Source: Eledone cirrhosa (taxonomy: Eukaryota). Taken from it: 64,000 nucleotides of DNA. The position numbers and the translations under genes are program-made. The notes beneath the pieces are model-generated. The model was not told where the DNA came from. It did no database searches and worked only from the letters and a program-made list of their open reading frames with translations. Position 1 is the first letter of the stretch; each line of letters starts with the position of its first letter. The DNA is taken from assembly GCA_964016885.1 (NCBI GenBank), contig OZ024740.1, positions 260,338,001 to 260,402,000 of the forward strand, written 5' to 3'. Below are positions 42,894 through 58,009 of the stretch, piece by piece.

Positions 42894-43226
42894 TGTAAAT
42901 AAATCTCCTTTTTTTGTACTGTTGACCATGTTATTCTCCACTTTTTCAATTTTATTACTCCAAGATAAACTTACATAGGAATACAAGTGAAATCATAAAC
43001 TCGTCATCCACGCAAACCTTTTGTTGAGTCATACAATGCCGCACGCTAAAACTACCCATGATAAGAAGTATTCACAACCTCTAATCGGATTATCTATAAC
43101 GATATCCTATTATCCTCTATATATGTATACACACACATACACACACACACATATATATATATATGTGTGTGTGTAGTATAAGTTGGTAGAAATATGTAGA
43201 GTACTCAGTCGATAGGACGAGTTAAG

Positions 43227-43399
43227 TATAATTAGTTACAATAGTGATATATACAGATGCTTGGGTTTCGTTGGGTTGTGAATCCCAACTCATTCAGCCT
43301 GTTATCTTTTTACTTTTTATATAACAGGCTGGATGAGTTGGAGTATGTAACCCATTGAAGCTTGGGTGCCTCTATGTTTCACTGTTGTAACTAATTATA
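43227..43399. repeat. Old fold-back with degenerate hammerhead-like arms
   Basis: Minus arm cagg-CTGAATGA-gttggg..cccaac-GAAA; plus arm CTGGATGA..GAAG. Confidence 0.6.
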
Positions 43400-43578
43400 T
43401 ATATTTATATATATAAATTTTCGCTCTACATGGCTGAATACAATAAATGTAATCTGAGTTTTTCGAATATTAATAATAATATTCGATTCGTTTGCAATTA
43501 TGCGAACAAGCCTCATTTTTAAAGCCATGTCAGTAGAATGAGCCCCTCATTTTTGCTCTTATGTTGGCATGTAAACAG

Positions 43579-43626
43579 AACTGCAGACTCTAATGTTTCT
43601 GGGTACCACCCTTCATCAGTACAGCT
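43579..43626 (-). ncRNA. Type I hammerhead ribozyme, intact core
   Basis: Minus strand agctgta-CTGATGA-a-gggt-ggt-accc-a-GAAA-cattagag-TC-tgcagtt. Confidence 0.78.
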
Positions 43627-43881
43627 CACTGTTCACCTGCCAACTGTCAGAGCTAGTGAAAATATATGCTATTTTCTAAAACATACAGTGACTGATTGGC
43701 CTGATTTGCATATTAGCAGACTGGCTGATCAGTCAGATCTGTATATTAGCAGACCCACTATTTGAATGGGGCAAAACCGACCATTTAATCGCTCGTATAC
43801 AGGAAACTGACTGGCCAGTCTGCTGATATGCAAATCTGGCTGATCAGTGGATCTGCTAACATACAGATGGATCTACTTACA

Positions 43882-44779
43882 TCTATATTAATAAAGCTGA
43901 CGGCCGTATGTATGTAACAAACGTTTGGCAAAACGGCTGGACCAAACAGCACCAAATTGGCACCATAGATGTAACTTTTTCCAAGGAAGAAAGCGAGGGT
44001 ATTTTTGTCTACTAAATTTCGTTATTATTGATTAAAGATATTTAGTTTATCTAAAGATTCACTTCTTTAAAATTTTCAAATGTCAACACACCCGGTTCGC
44101 GATCGCTTAAATAAACATTCATATACTTTGCAGTTTCGTCTTTTTTTTAAATGTATCATGGATTAAATTTCTGTGTATATTGTCAATCTCTATCTATATT
44201 AATAAAGCTGACTACATTACTGGTACTTTATTATATATGGTGGATTGGCAGTATCGGTAGAGGGTCGGACGCCATGCTTTAACGCATAGAGTTACGGCCC
44301 TTGCCATTCTGAGTTCAAATCCCGCCGAGGTTAACTTTGTCTTTCATCCTTACGGGGTCGATAAAATAAAGTACCAGTAATGCACTGGGTAATTGCTGGC
44401 CTTGTGCCAAAAGTAGAAACAATTATATATAATTTCAACAGTAATACTATACTATATAATTTCAACAGTAATACTATACTATATATTTTCAACAGTAATA
44501 CTATATTATACTATATATTTTCAGCAGTAATACTATACTATATATTTTCAACAGCAATACTCTACTATACTATATATTTTCAACAGCAATACTATACTAT
44601 ATTATATGTTTTCAACAGTAATACTATACTATATATTTTCAACAGTAATACTATACAACACAGACGGCTTATCGTCTGTTTATCCAAGCGAAGCTACATA
44701 CGTCAGCTATATATATATATATATGGATGCCGTAGAACACGCCAATGGTAGCCGGACGCCTGCCGGACGGGCCAGCTAG
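43882..44779 (+). mobile_element. Non-autonomous composite Helitron
   Basis: A|TCTATATTAATAAA...GC-rich end...CTAG|T. Removing it restores ttaca|tgccaacataag, matching the opposite arm of the inverted repeat. Confidence 0.85.
44239..44422 (+). mobile_element. Deu/Nin-type tRNA SINE inside the Helitron, followed by a ~27-30-bp minisatellite (44430-44655)
   Basis: Same sequence family as 22799 and 54835; ttcaacagtaatactatac repeats follow. Confidence 0.85.
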
Positions 44780-44898
44780 TGCCAACATAAGAGCAAGAAT
44801 GAGGGGCTCATTTTACTGATATGGCCTTAAAAATTAGGCTTGTTCGCATAATTGCAAACGAATCGAATATTATTTTTAATATTCGAAAAACTCAGATT

Positions 44899-44939
<41 letters not shown>

Positions 44940-45021
44940 GTAAACATTGATGCAATTCAATTCAAGCACTCAACGTACTTTTTCCACATAGGAGTGACGG
45001 AGTAAATATCGAATAAGTAAA

Positions 45022-47965
<2,944 letters not shown>

Positions 47966-47967
47966 TA

Positions 47968-48109
<142 letters not shown>

Positions 48110-48245
48110 CAAAAGGGATATTTAATTTGTTGGTAATTCAACAAATATATATATTTATAACTGATTCGAAGCACTCGACAGGTTTTCTGGAGTATAATAT
48201 CAATGATATTAATAAATGGAAACTATATTTATAAAACCATATTTA

Positions 48246-48302
48246 TTCTATTATATATATTTCAAGGGTACCAAAACTTTGGTACGCTCTCATCAGTTAA
48301 AA
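48246..48302 (-). ncRNA. Hammerhead motif, core intact, stem I mismatch next to the core
   Basis: Minus strand ttttaa-CTGATGA-gagc-gtaccaa-agtt-ttggtac-cctt-GAAA-tatata-TA-atagaa. Confidence 0.7.
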
Positions 48303-49778
48303 TACAAAGTTTTTTTAATAAATATTAACATATCCTGGATAGTAAAAGGAAAGAGGGGAAAGAGTGGAAAAGTCAAATATTTAAAATTATTAAGATGAAT
48401 ATGCTAACCAAACAAACCAAGCTAGCAATACTAATATTTCTAATAACAATATTCATAATAATAGTATCGTTCCTACTAAAAACAACTCCAGAAAATGTAA
48501 CTGTAGAATTGAATCAAACTGCCATTTACAAAATAATTGCTTAGACAAAAACTTAATTTATAAATGCATAGTAAAAACTAGAGACAAAATATTTAACTAT
48601 ATAGGTGCCACTTCTACAAAATTCAAAGAACGATGGTACAACCACAAACATACATTTAATAGGTCCGATAAAAAATCTTCCACTTCACTTTCACATCTAA
48701 TTTGGAATTTAAAGGACAACGATATAGACTATTCAATATCTTGGGGAACGATTTCGAAAGCACCTGCATACCGAAATATGGCTTTCTCAAGAATCTGTCA
48801 TTTGTGTATCGAGGAAATTGTTTATATATTTAACTGTCAAAATCTATTAATATAAAACCAGAATTATTCAGTTCTTGCAGACATCGCCAAAAATCCACTT
48901 TCCGAAGTATTTTTAATCTATAATATTCATTACACTTGACTACATCTTATACACCTTTAAAATGATCCTATTATTTACTGAGGTTTTCTTAAAAAAATTT
49001 AAATTTTTTAAATGATCTTCCTTCTTAAATCTAGTATTTTTATCAATTGATATTCTTTTCCTAATGATACTCTTCTTAATCTATTTTTTAGATTTATATA
49101 TTTTTTAGATTTATATATATTTTTTTTAGATTGATACTTTTTAATTGACATTCTGAAAGATATCCTCTTTACGATAGTTTTTCTAAATGCACTCTTGACT
49201 TATCTAATAATACATTTTTCCTCTCTTTAATCTTCAAACCTTTCACACATCTTTCGACGTAGATAATATATAATTGAAATTTTCATTCTTGAAAAACATG
49301 TAATATAAAATACCTTATAATCTCACACAAAATAATATATAATTTTCTCTACATACTTTCTAAGAAAATCATTCATCAAATTCATCAAATTTAATGGTTA
49401 ACAAATAATATTGGAGTTATCTTTTCCTTTACAATTGAGCAAACATAGACATAAGAACTTGTATGATAAATTATATAATTTCGCTAAATTAATAATGTTC
49501 TGAAAATATTTTCAATGCTGGATGAAAATATTTGAATCTACAAATTGTTCTTCTCTTACAATTTGAACTACGTCTTTTTCTTAAATATTTATGTAAAATG
49601 TAAAATCAACACCCTTCGTAACTCATATTAGAAATGCAAACAATTAATACGTGTGTTTTATTTCTATAAAATCACTAATAATACTTATACTTGCACACTT
49701 ATTAATCTATATAGATATTTATATACTTACAACCTGTTGCAATATAATAAGATAAAATGTACTTACAACTATAATATT

Positions 49779-50331
49779 ACTAGACCTGAAAAATGTGCAA
49801 GCTCAAAAGAGCCACAGAATGTTATAATAAACCTTCAAAAGTGTGGGACTAGAGTTGTTGCTAAAAAATATTGTAATCATTATCTATCGTACACTCTGTG
49901 GCATCCTTTTATAAAAAGAGAGACTCATAACGAAGTCAAGACGACACGATAATTATTTAAGCTAATGTTCAATATCTCACATTAGATGTTTAGTAATGAT
50001 TAATACGAAATGCACTTAAATAATTATCGTGTCGTCTTGAATTCGTTATGAGTCTTATTTAAGTGAATTTATAATATAGAATTCTGTTTAAGTTCATTTC
50101 GTATTAATCATTACTAAACATCTAATATGAGATATTGAACATTCGCTTAAATAATTATCGTGTCGTCTTGACTTCGTTATGAGTCTCTTTTTTTTTTATA
50201 AAAGGATGCCACAGAGTGTACGATAGATAATGATTACAATATTTTTGAGCAACAACTCTAGTCCCACACTTTTGAAGGTTTATTATAACATTCTGTGGCT
50301 CTTTTGAGCTTGCGCATTTTTCAGGTCTAGT
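49779..50331. repeat. ~550-bp palindrome (~240-bp arms) with a third partial copy in the spacer
   Basis: actagacctgaaaaatg... / ...catttttcaggtctagt; extra copy at 50015-50056. Confidence 0.92.
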
Positions 50332-51385
50332 TAAATATTTTTTAAGGCAACGCTTGTAATAACTCTAGTTAAACATGATATATATTAATAATAAATTATC
50401 GTTGTAATGTAATTAGATTATATAATTGTTATTTTATAAATGATCTTATAAATATTATTGTAAGATGTATAAAAATATTTTCAGACTTTTAATATAAACA
50501 ACTACAAAAAACAATCAATATTAAATAAATATATTTTACATAATAATTGTTATAGTTGAATTAATATAAATTAAATATTACATACAAATAGTCTAACATA
50601 ATAAAAAAAATAATCTAACATAATAATAATAAAATAACCTAACATAAAACGAACAATAATATGGACAAATATACAAGTAAATATGATACAACCAATATTA
50701 TAAGCATGTTATAACGAATTGAAACAAAAAATAGTTGATATAAATTTAAAAAGATCATATATAAATTAACAATATAACTTACCAAAACGAGAAAAATATT
50801 TTGATGATAAAACGACGAAATACAGGAGGAAGATTCGAAAGCGAAACGATAAATGAACGTGCAAACAAAGTGGCGGATGCTTTTGAGCAACAATTACTCT
50901 CATTGGTTGATTAGCCAATAAGACGATGAAATTAGCCAATAACACGATACATTACAAAAGATGTTTGGCAGGGATCACCACGGCCAGCGAAACCCCTTGA
51001 AATTTTTATTCACAAGCTACGCATATATGTCAGACATGCAGACTTAAAACATTCTGTTGTTAGTCACTGCGTGTCTAACAGATAACTCATAATATAGCTA
51101 AATATATTTTTTTTAAATTCTGGAATTATATTCCACCGTTCATACAAACTATTAATTCGTTTTAAATTCACGTAAATACAAGCTTTTCTTTCTTTCTCTT
51201 TCTTCTTCCTACACATACATATATACATCTTAATAATTATTTAAATATACCCAGCGTCTAAAAATAACGTTTTTTTCAGCCCTATACCTCAACCTTATTT
51301 GCATATTCATTTTAATAATTTGAAATATTTGACTTTTCCCCTCTTTCCCCCCTTTCCTTTTACTATCCATGAAAAACTTGAACCG

Positions 51386-51442
51386 TTTTATCTGATGAGA
51401 ACGTACCAAAGTTTTGGAACTCTTGAAATATATATAATAGAA
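51386..51442 (+). ncRNA. Type I hammerhead ribozyme, intact core
   Basis: ttttat-CTGATGA-..ccaa-agtt-ttgg..-GAAA-tatata-TA-atagaa, overlapping AATAAA. Confidence 0.8.
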
Positions 51443-51471
51443 TAAATATAGTTTCCAATTATGATATTATT

Positions 51472-51611
<140 letters not shown>

Positions 51612-52369
51612 CGGTTCTAAATACATATTCATTCAAAAATATCATAGGAAAAACTTAAGGTATTATTATAGAAGAACAACCACCTTCGATTTCAGTGGAA
51701 AAAGTATTTTTTCCACTTCTTTTTTTCGTGTGTTATCAACTAATTTGACATCCAAGATGCTCGCAATTGACCTTTTTTCAGGAAAACGGAGGTGGAGGGG
51801 TGCGTGTGCCTCCCGCGGAAAACCCCTCTCCTCGGAGTTTTCCCTACGATATTTTCGTTGATAACACGATAACACTCGAGTCAGCCAGAGGCAGATTATT
51901 TAATTATTCGTCATTTTTTTTTTACATTTAAAACACTAGACCTCATAGATATCAATATTTATACATATATTTACTTTATTTTACTTTTAAACATTTTCAT
52001 TGCTAACCACTGGTTCTATGATACAAAACTGTTTATTTCAAACTGTTTATATTTATCTAAAAATATCTCATCATAATTTTATGTAAGAATCTTTGTTAAG
52101 TTATGTCCCAAACATCAACAGTGTATTTCATTAGAAATATGGTAATGAAAGAGTTAAAGTGTTTGTATTTATCTAAAAACCTTCCATCTAACTTTTATGT
52201 AAAAACCTTTGTTAAGTTATATTCCGAACACCAACTTAATGCTAAATCATTGATTATTTTCAAAATTATTTGTAAGCCAAAACTCTTGGTTTTCCAGGAA
52301 TTTCAACTTTCGTTTTTGCTCGAGAAAACCCACAAATGTATACAAAGTGTGTGATGGCCAACTTCATAA

Positions 52370-52647
52370 CAGTGCCATCCAGTTCCACACTGTAAACGTG
52401 GGCGCGGCTCCCAAACTATGGTTCTGCTGTGAACAGGGTACAGTGTGACCAACTGGCCTGTCTCTCCTCAAAAGGGTGCCATCCAGTGCCACACTGTAAA
52501 TGGGATTGGTGTTAGGAAGGGCATCTAACTGTAAAAATCCCGGCCAATTTTACAGTTCCGTCTGAGCAAGGTACAGCGCAGCCAACTGGCCAGACTTGTC
52601 ACATGACGTGGACGATTGTCTAACCCTTGCAATCATGGAAAATGGAG
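52370..52647 (+). mobile_element. SINE-like element with RTE tail and internal duplication
   Basis: gtgccatccag..cacactgtaaa occurs twice; gttaggaagggcatc; (gat)n end. Confidence 0.7.
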
Positions 52648-52664
52648 TTAAATGATGATGATGA

Positions 52665-52728
<64 letters not shown>

Positions 52729-52900
52729 ATTTATAGTTATGTATATAGTATAAACAACTATAAACAGGAAGGTCAGTAATTTCTTAATTACCTTATTACC
52801 AGTAAGAGAAATAGCTCAATGTATGAACATCAGTTGTTTTACAGAGCAGGAAAATAAATAAATTATACAATTATCAAAGTTGTGTTCAAATCATTTCATA

Positions 52901-52945
52901 GCTGACAATCGTTTCTTCCAAACTCTCGTTTGGAATCATCGGAGC
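52901..52945 (-). ncRNA. Hammerhead motif (U4C) with a GNRA-capped stem II
   Basis: Minus strand gct-CCGATGA-ttccaaac-gaga-gtttggaa-GAAA-cgattg-TC-agc. Confidence 0.68.
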
Positions 52946-54834
52946 ATTATCGATGTTTGCACATATAATTAACCTCCTATTCAACTAAACAATAATATAG
53001 ATACATATAAATTGATGTTGTGAGCAACAGTTTCGTATTTACGGGGTGGAATGGATGGGAGATATATTTTGCGAGAATTGTACAATAATTGTACAAACAT
53101 TCAAGTTCAAATTCAAATTCAAATTCAAATTAAACTAAAATCAAAATCAAAAGCACGGAGTGGAATACATGCAAGAGTTAAAACAAGGGAATAGTCCAAA
53201 TATTAAAGAGGCATTGAAGAAGTAGTTTTGAGAGTGCAATAACAATTCATATGCAGGCGTGTCGATAGTGCGACTGCGTAAGACTTATACATGAGAAGGA
53301 GACAAGCAAAGCTATTATGCATATATAGATGAATAAATACTGCAGTTAAAGCAAATATGTTAATGTATTAGAGTTTATGGTGGATGTTGAATGTTGATGG
53401 TGTTCGAATTAATGTGCGTTGAGAAACATACAGTTTTTGCAGACTTTTCCATGACACATGTTGAATTAAGCTTTAGTTAATTTTTATATTGAATGTTTTA
53501 AGTTAGTTAGAGCAATGGATTGTAAATTAGTCTTAATGAATTCATATTCATAGACTATATTTGATCAACCGTTAAATTTTCAATCGTTAATATCCGGAAG
53601 TGAATAAGGGGAGCTAATGCGTAAGGGGGGGGGGGTAACTAGCTAATTAAGTTCAATTCAGTTATTAAAATTCTTTGTTCTAATATACAATATAATGTGA
53701 TACCATTGGATCTCTGTTACATAACCATGTATATTTATGCCTGGTTTTAAGTACAGTGTATTCTACTATCATACATTAAAGGTTTCTTTAGAGTGTTATC
53801 TATTCATTACTGGACAAGGTATATGTTATGAAGGATTATACAGCTGTTAATATGCCATAATAGATATGCTATATGATAATAATATAATCCCTAATATACA
53901 ATGCTATTACATTTCATATTTAATTATAAGTGTATATATACTTTATTATGTTGTGTAATTTAAGCATTTAATTATACAATTATAAATGCACATATAGTTT
54001 ATCATCACGCATTACATTAAATGTCTCTACATACCAAGTGCCAAATATCCATTACTGTATATGATATAATTAATCTATTGTAGTTATATCGCAAGGTGGT
54101 AACTCTATGTCTAATTCTAACTGTTATTGCAGAGCATAAGGTTATAGATGAATAGGAGTTGTGTAGCGGAAAGAGTTGGTCGAGGGGTTTGTGGTTGTGG
54201 GTGCTGCTAAGTCATAGATGTGTAGTGTTAATGGTGGTGGGGAATTCAAATCTGACATTGTTGTATACTAACAGCTAGGTTTAAAGTTATGGAACGAGTG
54301 TCGGTACTGGTGTTGGCACGAGGAAAATGTCTCTGACTTTCTATTAAGGAGGTCTAGTTTCGAAAAGATTATAGTATGGGTCTCCAGAAGGCAGAGATTA
54401 TACAATTTATTCGGTGGTTTATACGATGAGGCTTTACCTACTACTTCCCATTGCAGTGTAAATGGTCTATTCCTAGTTTTCAGAGAGTGTATGTAGCTAG
54501 ATAAAGAAGTGGAGCTGGCTAGATTGTGTTTTTTGAAAGAGTGGAGGTGCGAGTTGTATCTCATCTTGAAGTCGTTCGAAGTAGAACCTATATATGTTTT
54601 AGAAGAGTTGTTTGCGTTTACTGTGCATGAGTAGATGATGTCTTTGATTAAGCAATTATTACCTAAGGGGCAAGTTCTATTAGTTCTACAGTTACATTTA
54701 TTCTGGGTGTTAGCTTGCCGGTTCCTATGCTGTGAAGAATTCTGGTTGTCAGGGGTAGCACTAGGGTAATGATGTCTATCATTCGTATTGTTATTGATTT
54801 CATTAGTGCTATTATCATTATTACTATTATTAGG

Positions 54835-55020
54835 GCGGTGGATTGGCAGTATCGGTAGAGGGTCGGACGCCATGCTTTCCAGCATAGTTATGTCCCTTTA
54901 CGATCTGAGTTCAAATCCCGCCGAGGTTGACTTTGCCTTTCATCCTTACGGGGTCGATAAAATAAAGTACCAGTAATACACTGGGTAATTGCTGGCCTTG
55001 TGCCTAAAGTAGAAACAATT
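54835..55020 (+). mobile_element. Deu/Nin-type SINE inserted antisense into the PLE linker
   Basis: Sits in the (ATT)n-like Asn-rich linker and splits the PLE ORF. Confidence 0.88.
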
Positions 55021-56469
55021 ATTACTATTATTACTACTACTGTTTACAGGTACTAAGTTTACCTCCTGTTGTGTTTTAATTAGTTGGAAATAGTTATTAA
55101 TCTTCCTTTTATTACTACTAGCTATATGGTATGCTATGTTAGGTGTGGTGGAGTACGATATTTTAATTGTAATTTTATTGATAAGGCTATGGTACTTGTG
55201 GCCGGTCGGGAAGTTTTTTTTTAAGATTGAGAAGAAAGCCTTAGGCAAGTTGGTAGAGACGTTTAGATTGAAAGAGGGATTGAAGAATGTATTAGTTCTC
55301 CTTCTATTTTTGTTTATAGTATTGTTTTTTTTAGGTATTTATATCCCTGTTTACATTATTATTGTGATGTTTATTTTGGTGCGAGTTAAGTTTGGTATTA
55401 ATCTTCGTCTTAGAGTTATAGTGGCTAGTGTTTTTACTATTTTTCCTCATGGCCATATTATGAGAAATAATGTAACTATGTGATTTTATAGGTAGGAATT
55501 CAATCTCATTCTTATGTTCTGATTTAGCTAAGGCCTCATTATAGTATTGTGAATTATTGTTAAATATAGTTTCATTATATGATAGATTAGGGGTGTATAA
55601 TCCTTCATAACATATAATCCTTCATAACATATACCTTGTCCAGTAATGAATAGATAACAATCTAAAGAAACCTTTAATGTATGATAGTAGAATACACTGT
55701 ACTTAAAATCAGGCATAAATATGCATGGTTATGTAACAGAGATCCAATGGTATCACATTATATTGTGTATTAGAACAAAGAATTTTAATAACTGAATTGA
55801 ACTTAATTAGCTAGTTACCCCCCCCCCCCCCCTTACGCATTAGCTCCCCTTATTCACTTCCGGATATTAACGATTGAAAATTTAACGGTTGATCAAATAT
55901 AGTCTATGAATATGAATTCATTAAAACTAATTTACAATCCATTGCTCTAACTAACTTAAAACATTCAATATAAACATTAACTAAAGTTTAATTCAACATA
56001 TGTCATGGAAAAGTCTGCAAAAACTGTATGTTTCTCAACGCACATTAATTCGAACACCATCAACATTCAACATCCACCATAAACTCTAATACATTAACAT
56101 ATTTGCTTCAACTGCAGTATTTATTCATCTATATATGCATAATAGCTTTGCTTGTCTCCTTCTCATGTATATGAGTTACGCAGTCACACTATCCACACGC
56201 CTGCATATTAATTGTTATTGCACTCTTCCTTTCTCAAAACTACTTCCTCAATGCCTCTTTAATATTTGGACTATTCCCTTGTTTTAACTCTTGCATGTAT
56301 TCCACTCCGTGCTTTTGATTTTAATTTTAGTTTAATTTGAATTTGTATTTGAATTTGAACTTGAATGTTTGTACAATTATTGTACAATTCTCGTAAAATA
56401 TATCTCAAATCCATTCCACCCCGTAAATACGAAACTGTTGCTCACAACATTAATTTATATGTATCTTAA

Positions 56470-57987
56470 GCCCCATTCACTGTAAATGTGCAGTGTGTGG
56501 CGGTAGAACCATCTCACAGTTGACTCGATTTCTCCCCGGTTCGTGTGATTTCAGATGGTTAACAAAACCAGGTCTTGTTAGAAGAAATCGGCCACACACA
56601 TAGCACCTCAAAACCTGCTGGATTTTTGCAGGCATTGTACTTGAGATCCCCTTACGAAGTGAACACTTCAAAACAGCATTCTCCACTCGCTTTTTCTCAA
56701 AGACATCATATCCATATTTGATGATCTTTCTCCATGATGTATGGTCTTCAGCCAGTCTCTCCCAGTTCTCCATATCAATCTTCAGAGCTTTAAGATTGTT
56801 TTTTTATGATGTAGTGACCTACATTCCGCGGGCTCACATACATTCTCTGTGCGTGATTTGGCTCAGCTCAGCCAATCAGCGCCAGTAGAAGAGAATGTAT
56901 CCCTACGCGCCCTGAGGGAAAAATTCCCGCTTTGATTTGAGAAATCTCTCTCTTGTTGCTTGAACTCCGAAGGAACGACACGAACAATATGTAACGGTGA
57001 GATTTGCACTTTGGCCTGCCTCGGGCCTAGCACAATGGCACATTCCTTTTGTAACCTTTTTATGTTTAACTTCAACCATACAAATTAACAAATATTACTT
57101 TGTGCTACAACAAAATAAACATACATTTTATCTCACGAACATTATTTTTGTTGACGTTATTATTATGTTACTCGTTTGTCAATATAACATAAACACATCT
57201 TTCTACCAAACTGATTACTGGCGTTATAACAATTACATTATTTCCTCTAACAACTTTGTTACTACATTAAAACATCCTCCTGTTATTAACTGCTAAAATG
57301 ACATCCTTAACCGCTTCTTTGGTTTATGTTGTGGCCTTTTCCATCTGGTCAGCTCCACATAAAATAACTGTTTAGGCAACCTTCCATCTTCCATCCAGAC
57401 CACATGTCCAGCCCAGCGCATCTGGTTCATAATAACCCTCCTTTCAATACTTGTGCTACCCGCTTTCTCAAGTACCACAAATCAAGTTTGTAGGAGGACC
57501 ACTTGATGTTCAGGATGTGTCATACACAATGCTGATGAAATCTTTCCAACTGCCTGATATGATGCTTGTAAGTTGTCCACGTTTCGCATCTATATAGCAG
57601 GGCTGTAAGAACACAGAGAGCTTTGTATTTTTCGTGACACCCCGATTTAACCTGACTCGCTTTTTAAGCTTCCCGAAGGCAAGACTTGCTTTTGCAATCC
57701 GGTGATCTATTTCTGCATCGAGAGTACCATCACTACTAAGTGTATTTCCGAGATACACAAAGCTGTCTACCACCTCAAATCTTTTTCCTCTCACGAAATC
57801 GTCTGGCCCTACATACACTTTCCCAACTGGTCAAGTGTACATGACCTTTGTCTTTTTTATACTAATATTTAGCCCAAACAGAGTGCATGAATTGGAGAAG
57901 TTGTCCAATATCAACTGCATCTCCTCTACTGTGTAAGCCACGAAATTTGCATCATCAGCATACAGGAACTCCCTAACAAGAGTGCCA
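56470..57987 (-). mobile_element. Decayed RTE LINE 3' part, interrupted by an LTR-like insert
   Basis: FLYADD, FVYLG, RWAGHV..RLPKQLFY, CYVCGRFLLTRPGFVNHLKSH. Confidence 0.9.
56810..57297 (+). mobile_element. Solo-LTR-like insertion with 4-bp TSD (ATGA)
   Basis: Starts TGTAGTGAC; complementary GTTACTACA ends at 57266. CCAAT and AATAAA inside. ATGA at 56806-09 and 57298-301. Confidence 0.65.
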
Positions 57988-58009
57988 TATATATAAAAAT
58001 AAATATATA

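Larger units (their letters stand above)
43445..44904 (-). mobile_element. PLE pseudo-LTR remnant with an inverted ~125-bp copy, split by a Helitron
   Basis: Arms 43445-43570 and 44780-44904; hammerhead at 43579-43626. Confidence 0.78.
52750..56466 (-). mobile_element. 5'-truncated PLE (Hydra-like) with an ~850-bp inverted copy of its 3' region
   Basis: FFNPSFNLNV..NFP..KISYSTTPN and CNCRTNRTCPL..IIY..YIGST..FKMRYNSH..LLNRKSE..SCQH. Arms 52999-53840 and 55613-56466. Confidence 0.9.
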
